64,000 nucleotides of DNA from a bacterium (GCA_002686445.1 NZCO01000007.1:5483-69482), one strand, 5' to 3'. Numbered from the stretch's first letter, positions 25,011-37,811 are shown. A program made the numbers and translations. The notes: generated by a model from the letters alone, not told the origin.

Positions 25011-26407
25011 AGATGGTTACCTTGCCGTCTTCGTACAGTGGATGATGTTGTGTTGCGAAGTTCGAACTTACCGGCTCGCGTCTGCCGAAGAAGATGACAG
25101 CGTCTGCTTCCAGCTCCTTCGCTGCTGTCCGAAGCGCCGCGTCCGTAGCATGAAATACCGCCTCGCCTTCACCAATCGCTTCCCAGGTATGGTGGCTCAA
25201 GACCGGGATCCACTCACTGTGCCGGTTCACGGATGTTGAGACTATGTGCCCGGCTGGTAAGTTAGCGTGCAGCCAGGAGATGGCGGCTAGCTCATCGTCG
25301 TGTACTCGAGAATACTGGCTTGGCGATTCGTACACGTTATAGACGACTGAAGCCTCTTGCCATAACCCGACTCCCGCAGTGCCAAACAGGATAACTATAA
25401 AGACGGCCCGCATGAGGGTATTTGGAAAGACTCGGCGGCTAACTGCACTGAGACCAATTGCGCCGAAGGCTACTATCGTGAGCAATAGATAGGGCTCAAA
25501 GCGGAAGGCGAAGAGATTGATACCGAGGAGTGTATTAAAACTGGTTAGTATCGAGACAATCCCCAGGGCAATCAGGAATAGGGTACCGAAACGGTTACGC
25601 CTGCGTTGTAACCAACTGAAGACTAAACCGATCGGCGCCAGCAAAACCAGCGGGCCGACCGGGCTTTTCAGATATTCCGCGAACGCAACACCTCTCTCCT
25701 CGGGCACGAAGTTGCCCACGGCAATATTGCTCAGGCTGGTTATCAGTCCTACGCCAACTATCATCACCAAGAAGAGTGTCAAGGCATGAAAAGTCTTACG
25801 TTTGGTTTTGCTAAGTCTGCGATACATAACCGCCACGGAAATAGCGACTAGCGTTATAAGTAGTCCGAGGAACAGGGCTGTCATAGGGTGCAGCACGGCT
25901 GCAATCAGGGTGAGAACAATAGCGACGATAGAGCGACCAGAACTCCAGCGCTCTAGTGCCAGCAACAAGAACGGCAAGCTAAGTAGCTGCGCTAGCGTAG
26001 CGTCTTCATAATGTCCGCTGAGCATAGTGGTGAGTCCCCAGCCCGCCAGCGCGATAACGCCGGCTGTCCAACCGTATTGACGATAGACGAGCCAGCCTAA
26101 AGCGAGGCCGGTAGCTAGGTACGCCAGCGTCATAACCCAAACGAAGACTGAGGGCCAGTTGGGGTCAGTTAGATCAATAATGGCGAGCCCAGCAGTTACC
26201 ACGGGATAATTAGAGTTTCGTGCCAGAGTTGTGATACTTGCAGCCAAACCCTGACTGGTTGCGTCTGAAACCTCTTGCGCGCGGTCAATATATCGGACCG
26301 CATCCCCTCCGATGGGAAATGTTGTCTGCAAGGGATATTGCAAAACGAGGGTGCCACAGAAAATAATTGCAGCAATTAGTGGCAGGGACTTTAGAGATTT
26401 ACGCATG
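24997..26407 (-). CDS. Polytopic membrane protein (~12 TM), possible oligosaccharide polymerase/ligase-like
   Basis: The long ORF to 26475 would overlap the terminator at 26459-26488, so the start is taken at MRKSLKSLPLIAAIIF (ATG at 26407). Many TM helices with a large loop. No diagnostic motif. Confidence 0.45.
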
Positions 26408-26458
26408 GCCGAGTGTTTGGTTACTAGTGTACTACGTCCCGAGTCTCGTTTCAGAGCA

Positions 26459-26488
26459 CAAAAAAACCCTCTCACACGAGAGGGCTTT
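26459..26488 (-). terminator. Rho-independent terminator on the minus strand after gene 26508-27095
   Basis: Minus-strand reading AAAGCCCTCTCgtgtGAGAGGGTTTTTTT: an 8-bp GC-rich stem followed by a U7 run. Confidence 0.7.
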
Positions 26489-26507
26489 CCTCATTGCTGC
26501 CCTCGAA

Positions 26508-27095
26508 TTAGTCGCCGCGGCGACCCTCTTTAACAAGAATCAGGCGATCATTGCTGACATAGCTGGCTGTCAGCTTGTGAGAAGAAAAGACTTTCTCAAG
26601 CTTCTGTCGAGTGATACCCGACCAATCCTCCTGCGGTTTTTTCTTGGTACCAAAGAGCCTGACATCGTCAATAATGATCAGGTCTGCGTAGGGGCGTTTG
26701 GCAATAGCAGTAAGTTCCCCGTACAGCGGTATGTCTCGTCCCGCGGTGTACCCAGATGAGCAGTGCGCGTCGAGGAAGAACACAGCCGGCTCGGTAGTCC
26801 GCGCAGCAATTTTTGGCAATATTCTCGCGGAATCTCCGAAGCGGAATCGAATGCCTTGTCCGAATAACTTAAAACGAGCATAGACGTAGAATAGAGGTGA
26901 TAGCTCTATTGTGTGGCGGACAGAAAAGAGCGATCGCATATTCTTGATAGTTCTTCCCAGCTCAGTACCGGACTCTATGAAAACGCGGATCGAACTATAC
27001 TGAGGGTGCGCTGCAAGAATTTCTCCAACTTCTTGGGTAGTAAGTGGGCCGGCCATAGCTACGGGCGAACGTAATTTAATATCATATGGAGTCAC
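26508..27095 (-). CDS. Putative class I SAM-dependent methyltransferase (TylF/CmcI/Methyltransf_24-like)
   Basis: 195 aa. VFIESGTELGRTI resembles the E-x-G-x-x-x-G SAM-binding start of the TylF/CmcI family. FFLDAHCS and IIDDV acidic motifs are present. Confidence 0.4.
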   Translation of the reverse strand: MTPYDIKLRSPVAMAGPLTTQEVGEILAAHPQYSSIRVFIESGTELGRTIKNMRSLFSVRHTIELSPLFYVYARFKLFGQGIRFRFGDSARILPKIAARTTEPAVFFLDAHCSSGYTAGRDIPLYGELTAIAKRPYADLIIIDDVRLFGTKKKPQEDWSGITRQKLEKVFSSHKLTASYVSNDRLILVKEGRRGD

Positions 27096-27177
27096 GAATA
27101 GTTATCACAATATAGTACGCGCAATCAGCCTATATAAGGAAGTATCGCGCGCGCAGCCTGAGGGGCTTGTCTAGAAC

Positions 27178-28269
27178 CTACTTAGTGACCTTTTCTAGGT
27201 ATTCAACCCAGCGGACAGCGCTATGGCCTCGAAAAACGTCAGCGCGTCCTCGGTGACCCATTTCTTCGAGTAACGGCCAATTAACCAGTCCATCCACAAG
27301 GAATCGTTCAATACTAGCTACGATATCCTCGGGTGAGCTCGCCGAACTTAGATAGCCCGTCTCGCCACGACGCACGTACGAGGCAGCACCAGCGTCCTCA
27401 CTGACGATCACCGGCAGACCGGCAGCCATTGCTTCGACAACCGCATAGCCTAAGGGCTCGTGGCGTGCAGGCAATATAAAGAGGTGGGATGTTGCATAGA
27501 GTGCTGCCATGTCTTCATAGCCAACGTCAGCAATGATTTGAATACTGTCTCGTAGCTGAAGTGAGTCAACAAGCTGCTGGGCCAACTCGTATTCGCGTTT
27601 ACTTGTCGGGTGCGAAGTCTGATTCGCGATGATGGTGAGCTGGAGTTGGAGTTTGGGATATTTGTTCTTCAGCAGGCCTATCGCCTGAAGCAGCGTCGGT
27701 AGTTGTTTACGCGGTTGCCACTTGCCGACGGTCAGCACCCGCAAGGTCTCCTGCGGAGGAAACGCAGCCAGCTCAAACCGGGCCGCATCAATAGCTGCTG
27801 GAAGATAGGATATGCGGCGTATGCGCGGTTTTAGGTGTTGATAGCTTGGTGAGGTGACGCAGATAACATCAGCTCGCAGAACGTTTAGCCAGGTGATCAT
27901 CAGCTGCCACAACACGCGATAGCCTGGAAATGATCGGTGGCTGATGCGCTGCACGATTACAACCGGTCGATAGCCCAGTATCGGCGCGAACAACAAAGGG
28001 AGAATATTTAGCGGATTGTTGATGTGCTTAAGTACGACAACATCTGCACCCTTGAGCAACGACCACAGTGACCGGGGCTGGTACATGAAGGCTGGCCGAC
28101 CCCACATGAGGGGTGCTCGATTACTTATGCCCGGTATCAGTTTGCTAATTCGGTGGGATAAGAACTCGACATCGTTACCCTGAGCCAGGGCACGATACGT
28201 GTCGAGCATGTTGTTGTGGTATTGGTGGAGTATCTTGATTTTCATGCTATTTACTAGGAACGGCGGCAT
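27178..28269 (-). CDS. Glycosyltransferase family 4 (GT-B, retaining)
   Basis: EPLGYAVVEAMAAGLPVIVSEDAGAASYVRRGETGYL is a canonical GT4 E-X7-E motif. Confidence 0.8.
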   Translation of the reverse strand: MPPFLVNSMKIKILHQYHNNMLDTYRALAQGNDVEFLSHRISKLIPGISNRAPLMWGRPAFMYQPRSLWSLLKGADVVVLKHINNPLNILPLLFAPILGYRPVVIVQRISHRSFPGYRVLWQLMITWLNVLRADVICVTSPSYQHLKPRIRRISYLPAAIDAARFELAAFPPQETLRVLTVGKWQPRKQLPTLLQAIGLLKNKYPKLQLQLTIIANQTSHPTSKREYELAQQLVDSLQLRDSIQIIADVGYEDMAALYATSHLFILPARHEPLGYAVVEAMAAGLPVIVSEDAGAASYVRRGETGYLSSASSPEDIVASIERFLVDGLVNWPLLEEMGHRGRADVFRGHSAVRWVEYLEKVTK

Positions 28270-28339
28270 TTAAGCGATATAGCCGCCATAAAACATACTA
28301 CGAGTCTAGCACCTGCCGAAGAGTCGAGGATAGGGTAGG

Positions 28340-30208
28340 ATGGTGGGTATGACAAAATACAGCTATTTTGATCGCCTGGCACGAGCGCGAGAAGACATCA
28401 AACAAAAACGAATACTACTGCGAAAGCTCACTGGAGTGATGCATGTGCAGCCGCACCAAATTGTCATCGTGGTTGCATTTTCGGTGTTGGTGGCGGCGCT
28501 CGATGCGGTTGGTTTGGGTTTGCTTGTACCGCTGGCGGAAGGAGTGGTAGCCGGTGATTTCACGGCCACAGATCTTCCAATCGGGCTCGATCAAATCGTG
28601 ACGAGTTCGCTCAAGGCTCTGGAAGTTGCACCAACCGCGGCGGTAATGTTTGCGGCCATAGCAGCAGTCATCTTTGTTGTAAACCTTCTCGGCATTGTGA
28701 CGGGGTTTTTGAATGTCGTTTATGGCCAGTACTTGCAGGGGAAATATCAGTATCATCTCAATACGTTTGTATACAGCCGTTACTTCTCGTTTGGCAAAGC
28801 GTATTTTGACAGAACAAGCCAGGGAACAATTAAGAAAGTTCTCGAATATACGAATCAGATAGTACGGGTGATACGGGCCTTACAAGTCAACTTAGGGAAT
28901 TTCACACGGCTACTCGCATATATGGTGGTGATGTTTTGGTTGTCTTGGCAGTTGATGTTACTGGTGCTCCTGGTTGGTCCCCTTCTTTACATTATTTCAC
29001 GGTTTGTCATGAGACGGGTCAATGCACTATGGACCCAGGCGAAGGACATTACGCTCGCACTCGGACAGGAGTCATTCAACATGCTCTCAGCTTTGCCGTT
29101 GGTGTGGAGCTACTCGCGCGAGAAGCAAGCGAAGAAAAAGTACGGAGCTATGAATGAGAACTTTCGTAAAGTTCAACTTCGGGCTCAGATGTTTGGCGCC
29201 TTTACGGTAACAATTCCAACCCTTATGACGCTGGTTACTATGCTGGTGGTGGTGTCGTATATCACCTGGACTATGCAGCGGGGAGGAGCGATTGACTTAA
29301 CTCGCATGGTCATCTTTTTGTATGTAGCGTCTCGAACAGTGCCGCTGTTTAAGGTGTTTAACACAGCGTGGGTTGTGATATCTGAGATCACGCCTCCCAT
29401 ACAGGAGGTTCTGCGGCTGTTTGGCGATAAGAAGAAATATATGGTCGCCGGAGGTTCTGTGCAATTTGCAGGGCTACAAGAGCATATAGAGTTCAGGGAT
29501 CTGACGTATGCCTATGAGGGCCGCTCAGAAATTCTACAGCGGGTTAGTTTCCGCATCCCTAAGGGACAGCTTACGGCGCTGGTCGGACCGTCCGGCGGTG
29601 GGAAATCAACAATTATTAGCCTGTTGATGCGATTCTATGACTGCCCGCCGGGCACCGTATTTGTTGATGGCGCTGATATCAGAACGTTTACGCTGGCCTC
29701 GCTCAGGCATCAGATGGCTACTGTGGACCAAGAGCCCATACTACTGCACGATAGTTTACGAAACAATATTACGTATGGGCATGAAGAGGTGACACCTGAA
29801 CTTGTCCACGATGTCGCGGTTAAGACTCATTTGGACGAACTAATTAAGCGACTGCCTCAGGGGCTGGATACGCTGATTGGGGATCGTGGGGTCCAACTGT
29901 CAGGCGGCGAAAAGCAGCGAGTCGCAATTGCACGGGCGATGCTGAAAGGCTCAGAGATATTACTACTTGATGAGGCAACCAGCGCTCTGGACTCAAAGAC
30001 AGAACAAATTGTGCAGGAAGCGTTGGCGGAGGCCATCCAAGGTCGAACCGCATTGGTGATTGCTCATCGGCTTTCAACCATTCGTGGCGCTGACAACATA
30101 ATATACGTGGACGATGGAAAGGTTGTCGAACAGGGCACAATGACCGAGCTCATCGACAAGGGCGGCGCATTTGCTCGACAATGGGAAGCGCAAGCGGCGA
30201 ACGCCTAG
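28340..30208 (+). CDS. ABC exporter, fused permease-ATPase (MsbA/type I exporter-like)
   Basis: 622 aa. N-terminal 6-TM domain. Walker A GPSGGGKST, signature LSGGEKQRVAIARA, Walker B ILLLDEATSALD. Confidence 0.85.
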   Translation: MVGMTKYSYFDRLARAREDIKQKRILLRKLTGVMHVQPHQIVIVVAFSVLVAALDAVGLGLLVPLAEGVVAGDFTATDLPIGLDQIVTSSLKALEVAPTAAVMFAAIAAVIFVVNLLGIVTGFLNVVYGQYLQGKYQYHLNTFVYSRYFSFGKAYFDRTSQGTIKKVLEYTNQIVRVIRALQVNLGNFTRLLAYMVVMFWLSWQLMLLVLLVGPLLYIISRFVMRRVNALWTQAKDITLALGQESFNMLSALPLVWSYSREKQAKKKYGAMNENFRKVQLRAQMFGAFTVTIPTLMTLVTMLVVVSYITWTMQRGGAIDLTRMVIFLYVASRTVPLFKVFNTAWVVISEITPPIQEVLRLFGDKKKYMVAGGSVQFAGLQEHIEFRDLTYAYEGRSEILQRVSFRIPKGQLTALVGPSGGGKSTIISLLMRFYDCPPGTVFVDGADIRTFTLASLRHQMATVDQEPILLHDSLRNNITYGHEEVTPELVHDVAVKTHLDELIKRLPQGLDTLIGDRGVQLSGGEKQRVAIARAMLKGSEILLLDEATSALDSKTEQIVQEALAEAIQGRTALVIAHRLSTIRGADNIIYVDDGKVVEQGTMTELIDKGGAFARQWEAQAANA

Positions 30209-30221
30209 GTCTGACGAGTAG

Positions 30222-32198
<1,977 letters not shown>

Positions 32199-32220
<22 letters not shown>

Positions 32221-33137
32221 AGAAGCTAGTCGTATTTCAATCCCCAGCTCATCTGTATGAGGTAGTGCCTCCTTTTTACAAGGAGCTCAACAAGATGCAG
32301 TACTTCGATAAGTTCTATCTAGCGACTGACCAGAAGGATACGTGGGGAATTGGCGATAATGTTGATGTGCTTAAGCTCGAGGAAGATCTAGGCTGGGAAG
32401 GAAATTTAGACCTGTTACTACAGCGAGTGCCAGAGGATTTGTTTGTCATGATGTGTGACGATCACGTAACAGTAGAGCAGACCGACGTTAATCTCGATCC
32501 ATATTTCGATATCATGCTTCGTAATCCCGAAATAGGTCGGCTACAGCTATCACCGCCAAGTCTGAACTACTCTCGCTTCCTGGAAGCACATCATTTACCG
32601 ATTGAAGTTCCGGACGATAGCAAAGAGTGGTATCCATACGACAGGCGCTACCGCTTTCATTTGAATTTTCAACCATCAATTTGGCGTAAGGATTTTTTGC
32701 GGCACGTGATTGAAGGTGGCGGAAACCGTAGTCAGCTAGAGATTCGGGCAAGTGAGAGAGCGCGGCAAAGTGATCAATACGTTTCTGGATACATTGGCTG
32801 GCATGCGATCCGGTATCAGAATTTCTTGGCAAGCTGTCAGGTTCATCACATGGACCCCGATCACCACAAAAAAAAGAAAACTTCGCACTATAAGGAAGAC
32901 TTCGCTCGCTACGCAATGAGGCGCGGGATAAAACTAAAGTCGGACAAGCGGGTACACGTGCGCCGAGAGGAATATAGTGCCTCAGTGCCGATTGATTTTT
33001 ACATTACGCACTACCATGATCAGGAACAGTACCGGCAGTTTGCATTGAAGCGAAAGCCACTAGCTCATATGATGTTCTGGTTGGGGAAACGAGCGCGAGC
33101 GAAGGTAGCACCACGAATTAGCGTGTCGAGTCGATAA
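32199..33137 (+). CDS. Hypothetical protein (lower-GC cassette)
   Basis: 312 aa, no TM. Acidic motif MMCDDHV. C-terminal Lys/Arg-rich region. Unknown family. Confidence 0.35.
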
Positions 33138-33159
33138 TTTACTAAGAACTTATTTTCAT

Positions 33160-33381
33160 ATGACACAGGTAGAGATGCCAGGTATGAGCAATCCTGATGG
33201 AACTGAGCCAACTCGTTACCCGGTGTGGCAACTAACCGACGGCACTATTGTCGTGCAGAGCTTGTCTGACGCAGATCAACAGGCTATTAATATGGGGTCT
33301 GTTCGCGCCAGTGATCGTAGCAAAAGTAGCATGATGAGGAAGGTACGGCATCGTGTGTTAAGCGTACTGGAGTCGCTTTAG
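33160..33381 (+). CDS. Small hypothetical ORF (73 aa)
   Basis: Fills a 285-bp gap between two co-directional genes. No clear SD, so this is speculative. Confidence 0.2.
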   Translation: MTQVEMPGMSNPDGTEPTRYPVWQLTDGTIVVQSLSDADQQAINMGSVRASDRSKSSMMRKVRHRVLSVLESL

Positions 33382-33421
33382 GGTATTCGCCCAGGGCAGT
33401 GTCTTTCGTTGAATAGAGCAT

Positions 33422-34306
33422 ATGTTTGTTCACCAAGGACATTCCGGATGCCGGCTTGAACTCTTAACAGCGGACGGGCAGTCTGTAGTGCGGAAATCTA
33501 CTCAGAGCGTGAGCTACGGAACACGCCTGCGTCGACAGGCTGATAAGCAGGAAGCTTTTTCACACCAAACTAGACTATCCACCATCAGCGCCCCCCCTGT
33601 CCTGAGTATCGAAGATGGCAATGGAGGATTTAGTTTTGTAATGCCATTTGTGGCTGGGCTGGACGGCGTCACGTTCGTACAAAGGTCCTCCCGTGGCGAG
33701 ATTAATGCCCTGATGCGCCAATTGCTCGCATTAGTTGATGACTATCTCGATCAATGCGACTGGCAGGCATTTCCGCGGGAGACTTTTGAGCAGAAACTCA
33801 TTGATATTGGCGATAAGCTGAAAACTAACATGCTCCTGTCTAAGGGGCAGGCGCAAGGTGCGATGCGCGAAGTGCAGTCGGTGCTTGCTGCCCTGGCTTC
33901 AGATGAGAAGCTACCCGTCGGTCACTGCCATGGAGATTTAACATTGGCCAACATGCACACGCTGCTGATGGGAGACCAACTAGTACTGATCGACTTTCTT
34001 GATAGCTTTGTGGAGACCCCTCTGCAAGATATGGTGAAGCTTCGGCAGGACACAAGGTATATGTGGTCTTCCCTATTATACCGAGGACAACTGGACCGAG
34101 TGCGTCACACCATTACGATGCGATACATGGATGCTGCCCTCGACACCCATTTTCGGCAGCATAATTTTTATCGTAAATACTATCCAATCTTCCAACAAGT
34201 TAGCCTGCTGCGTGTGTTGAGTTATGCTACACGAGCTGATATCGTTCACCACATCTTGAACTGCTTGGAGCATAATTTTACTCACAGGACTGAATATGAA
34301 AGATAA
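33422..34306 (+). CDS. Protein-kinase-like-fold small-molecule kinase (APH/choline-kinase family)
   Basis: GHCHGDLTLANMH...LVLIDFLDSF matches the HGD.h.N catalytic loop and D-[FL] metal-binding motif of aminoglycoside/choline/ethanolamine kinases. Confidence 0.6.
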   Translation: MFVHQGHSGCRLELLTADGQSVVRKSTQSVSYGTRLRRQADKQEAFSHQTRLSTISAPPVLSIEDGNGGFSFVMPFVAGLDGVTFVQRSSRGEINALMRQLLALVDDYLDQCDWQAFPRETFEQKLIDIGDKLKTNMLLSKGQAQGAMREVQSVLAALASDEKLPVGHCHGDLTLANMHTLLMGDQLVLIDFLDSFVETPLQDMVKLRQDTRYMWSSLLYRGQLDRVRHTITMRYMDAALDTHFRQHNFYRKYYPIFQQVSLLRVLSYATRADIVHHILNCLEHNFTHRTEYER

Positions 34307-35441
34307 AGTCAATCTAATTATTCCAGCCGCCGGCAAATCTTCTCGTTTTCCTGGCGTGAAGCCGAAGTGGTTGCTTACCCATCCAACCGGTGAACTTATG
34401 GTCACGGCTGCATTGGCCGGACTTGATATGAGTGATGTTGAAGCTATCCATTTAGTGGTCCTGGCCGAACACATCCAAAAACATATCAGCCTGGACAGCA
34501 TACAAACCGCATTTCGTGTTGCCGGCATAGACACGTCCCTCAAAATTCTGGAGCTGTCTGAAAGCACTAGTAGCCAACCAGAGACAGTAGCCCGCGCAAT
34601 TGAGCACTTTGACTTGTCAGGTCCGATGTATATCAAGGACGTAGATAACTATTTCGTAAGCCCGGTGCGAGCGGAAGACTCAATCGCTGTCCGCAGCTTA
34701 AGCACTGCGGGTAAGGTCAATGCTGGAAACAAAAGCTATGTGCTGGTGGATGATCACGGCCTCGTGACCAACGTCGTCGAAAAGCAAGTCGTGAGTTCAG
34801 ACTATTCTGTTGGTGGGTACTCCTTTGCCCAAGCGGAGCTATTCCTCGAATATTTCAATAATCAGGAAAACACGAGCGACCTATATGTCTCCCACATTAT
34901 CTTTGCTATGGTTCTGGCTGGTGTCGGTTTTCACACGAGGCAAGTGTCTGCTTACGATGACTGGGGAACCCTTGAGGACTGGAACGAATATAAATCGACC
35001 TTTACGACGCTACTGCTTGATATAGATGGCGTGATCGTGAAGAACTCAGGGCAGTTTTTTGATCCGCAATGGGGTAAAACTGACGCTCTCGTTAAGAATG
35101 TCGCTCTCCTTAATCGATTGCATGACGCAGGTAGGACGAAAATAATATTGACCACGTCGCGAACGTCCGAATTTAGGGAGGCAACAGTCAAACAGCTAAA
35201 CAAACTTGGAATGCAGTATCACGAAATCGTGTTTAATCTCTTTCATGGCAAGCGGACCGTTGTTAATGATTATGCATCTTCTAACCCCTACAAAAGTTGT
35301 GAGGCGATAAATATTAAGCGAGATAGTGACACATTAGAAGAAATGCTTGAAGTTCAGTTGGGCAGCACAGTTGAAGCGTCTCCAGCAATATCGGTCACGG
35401 AATCGCCCACAGTGAGTAAAGAAACAAAAGAGCATGCGTAA
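34296..35441 (+). CDS. Bifunctional fusion: IspD/TarI-like cytidylyltransferase domain plus HAD-superfamily phosphatase-like domain
   Basis: N-terminal LIIPAAGKSSRFPGVKPKWLL is the nucleotidyltransferase P-loop-like motif of the IspD/TarI/KdsB type. C-terminal LLLDIDGVIVKN (HAD motif I DxDGV), ILTTSR (motif II-like) and a distal K...VNDY match HAD phosphatases. Confidence 0.5.
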   Translation: MKDKVNLIIPAAGKSSRFPGVKPKWLLTHPTGELMVTAALAGLDMSDVEAIHLVVLAEHIQKHISLDSIQTAFRVAGIDTSLKILELSESTSSQPETVARAIEHFDLSGPMYIKDVDNYFVSPVRAEDSIAVRSLSTAGKVNAGNKSYVLVDDHGLVTNVVEKQVVSSDYSVGGYSFAQAELFLEYFNNQENTSDLYVSHIIFAMVLAGVGFHTRQVSAYDDWGTLEDWNEYKSTFTTLLLDIDGVIVKNSGQFFDPQWGKTDALVKNVALLNRLHDAGRTKIILTTSRTSEFREATVKQLNKLGMQYHEIVFNLFHGKRTVVNDYASSNPYKSCEAINIKRDSDTLEEMLEVQLGSTVEASPAISVTESPTVSKETKEHA

Positions 35442-36129
35442 TCGAAGCTGGCGGCAAGTAGTGTGGCAGCGCCTTCGCTGGGGTAGTGAAGCTCAGATAC
35501 GCCAGCGCCTCCTGGGGACTAGGAGCGACTTAACGGAACCTGAGATCAATTGTATCCGTGAATGTCTTGATGAGTTTGAGGAGCCTACGTATGTTGAGGT
35601 GGGAGTGTTGTTTGGCGGGACCTTAGTTCGAGTACTGAAGCACCTGAGTGACAACAAGAGCCTATTTCATGTGATGGGGATAGATTTATTTGATGATCTA
35701 GCATTGGCGAATGAAGGCGAAGCGACGCAGACGCACGATAAATACAATAAGTGGCGAACTCTCAACGTGGCACTACGGGATGATCTTGATATTCGCCTGC
35801 GCCAAATGGGATTTTCGAACTTCGAGTTAATTAAGGGCAGCTCAGACGAAGTAATACGTGAGCTCGACTTGACGGGCGATGTGTTCTTTATCGATGGTAA
35901 TCACACCTACGAGCAAACCAGCCTAGACGCTCAGGCATGCTTAACGAAGGCGCGAGCTGGCTCGTACCTCATTTTTCATAACGCCACTAATACACAGCAA
36001 CCTGATAAACAGTACGTGGAGCGCGATGGTGGACCGCGAAAGGCTTGTCAGGACTTGGTTGATGCCAAGCAGGTTGAATACGTGGGACTATTTGATAGGG
36101 CGGCAGTGGTGCGGGTTGTAGGCGTATGA
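35434..36129 (+). CDS. SAM-dependent O-methyltransferase (Methyltransf_24/TylF-like)
   Basis: YVEVGVLFGGTLV (E/DxGxxxG) and FFIDGNHTYE (DGDHsYe block), characteristic of the class I MTase_24 family. Confidence 0.5.
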   Translation: MRNRSWRQVVWQRLRWGSEAQIRQRLLGTRSDLTEPEINCIRECLDEFEEPTYVEVGVLFGGTLVRVLKHLSDNKSLFHVMGIDLFDDLALANEGEATQTHDKYNKWRTLNVALRDDLDIRLRQMGFSNFELIKGSSDEVIRELDLTGDVFFIDGNHTYEQTSLDAQACLTKARAGSYLIFHNATNTQQPDKQYVERDGGPRKACQDLVDAKQVEYVGLFDRAAVVRVVGV

Positions 36130-37073
36130 GTCAGGCACCTCTTATTTCGTACTACGTGGTGACCTGGAATCGAGTCCACTTGCTCAAAAACCTATTGCGA
36201 AGCTTTGTCGCATGTAATCTCTATGAAAACTATGAGTGGTTACTGATCGATCACGGATCGACTGATGGCACACTTGAGTTTTTAGAGCAGTTAGACCGTG
36301 ATCCTGAGTTTGCGTCACTACGCGGCAAGCTGCGAGTTGTTATTGATCATGAGCGAACGTATCGCGAGCACCTAGACAGCCGCGGCATAGAATTGGCCAC
36401 GCCTCGACGAGTACAAGAGGCGATGGTCGGACATTATCGTAATATGGCTCGGCGTTTGGCAAAGGGTGACTATATTATCGACATCGCGGACGATCACCAG
36501 TTTATTCGGCGCGCCAATTGGGTTGAAGAGATGCTAGGCGTCTATAATGATCGGCGCCAACTGTTTGGTAGTGACGACATTGCGTCACTGGTTTTTCGAA
36601 CGCGACGTCGATATCGCATCCTTAAGAAAAATAACGGGACAGGTCCAGAGGAGCAGACTACTGACGGAGTTCCATACTATGTCTGCTTGCACAAAGGATA
36701 TGACGACTACGGAATGATTTCACGAGAATCAGCTGAACGTATGGGTGATTACTTTGAGCCCGGGGAGATGCCAGAGGAGGAAATAGCTGCGTGGAATGAC
36801 CTGGATAATCAGCGCTACGATAGCGTTCACTACCAAGACTATCTACCGAGGGCAAAGGAGCTAGGGCTCAAGAAAATCATGATGAAGCATCCCTATACGC
36901 ACGACTTGCTGAACGGTCTACATAATCAGCCCCACCAAGCCCTCGTTATGCCCCTGCTAGAGGACGGTGCACTTGAGTCGACATTCGGAAAATTGCGCCG
37001 TGCGGTCTCTATCGAAGAAATGGATGATCTGCTCGCCGAGCAGACGCCGGAGCAAGTAAGCAGTCGCATTTAA
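36126..37073 (+). CDS. Glycosyltransferase family 2-like (GT-A)
   Basis: ISYYVVTWNRVHLLKNLLRSF...WLLIDHGSTDGT is a GT2 N-terminal signature. The start overlaps the upstream stop by 4 nt. Confidence 0.5.
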   Translation: MSQAPLISYYVVTWNRVHLLKNLLRSFVACNLYENYEWLLIDHGSTDGTLEFLEQLDRDPEFASLRGKLRVVIDHERTYREHLDSRGIELATPRRVQEAMVGHYRNMARRLAKGDYIIDIADDHQFIRRANWVEEMLGVYNDRRQLFGSDDIASLVFRTRRRYRILKKNNGTGPEEQTTDGVPYYVCLHKGYDDYGMISRESAERMGDYFEPGEMPEEEIAAWNDLDNQRYDSVHYQDYLPRAKELGLKKIMMKHPYTHDLLNGLHNQPHQALVMPLLEDGALESTFGKLRRAVSIEEMDDLLAEQTPEQVSSRI

Positions 37074-37103
37074 GCGCTGCAGCACTTAAAGAAAGTCAGA
37101 CAC

Positions 37104-37778
37104 ATGCCTGAAAACGAATCTCAACGATGCGTCATAGATGTGGGAGCGTGTGTTGGAAAATTTACCGACGATTGCCTAGGCCGGTATCCCAATATCGATC
37201 AGGTTTTCGCATTTGAGCCGCTGCCAGCTAATTTCACTTTTCTACAGGACAAATATGCGAAGGATTCGCGAGTAGAAGTCTTACCGCAAGCGGTAGCTAA
37301 TTTTTCTGGTCAGGCAAGGCTGTTCAATAAGCCGAACATTAGACGCTTCTATGGGCTTCCGTTTGGAATACGCTACAATTTCGCCGGTAATGAGGGAAGC
37401 AGTCTCAAGCAACGTAAAAGTAACGTGTCCAAGTCGCGCTGGGTCGAGACTGAGGTAGTCCGATTAAGCGACTTCATTGTGGAGCAGGACTTGAAGCAAG
37501 TGGATATTCTGAAAATTGATTGTGAGGGGAGCGAATACGATATATTACTCGACCTACTCGACGCGGACTTGATTGGCAGGGTGGGACAGATCTATTTCGA
37601 GGATCACGTGCGGAAGGTACCGGGCCTAACGGGAGACCGCGATCAGTTTATTGAGCGAATTCAACAGCTTGGAGTAGAAGATAAGTTTTTTGTGCAGGAC
37701 GTGGACACCCATGACGACTTACAGTACATCCCTCTGAAGCAAGCATATCAGCGCGCATTTTTCAGGCTCTCGGTTTAG
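37104..37778 (+). CDS. FkbM-family methyltransferase
   Basis: CVIDVGACVGKFT...VFAFEPLPANF...DILKIDCEGSEYDILLDL are the classic FkbM blocks. Confidence 0.7.
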   Translation: MPENESQRCVIDVGACVGKFTDDCLGRYPNIDQVFAFEPLPANFTFLQDKYAKDSRVEVLPQAVANFSGQARLFNKPNIRRFYGLPFGIRYNFAGNEGSSLKQRKSNVSKSRWVETEVVRLSDFIVEQDLKQVDILKIDCEGSEYDILLDLLDADLIGRVGQIYFEDHVRKVPGLTGDRDQFIERIQQLGVEDKFFVQDVDTHDDLQYIPLKQAYQRAFFRLSV

Positions 37779-37811
37779 TCCAAGGCGATACGATTAATCG
37801 AGCTTACTATA

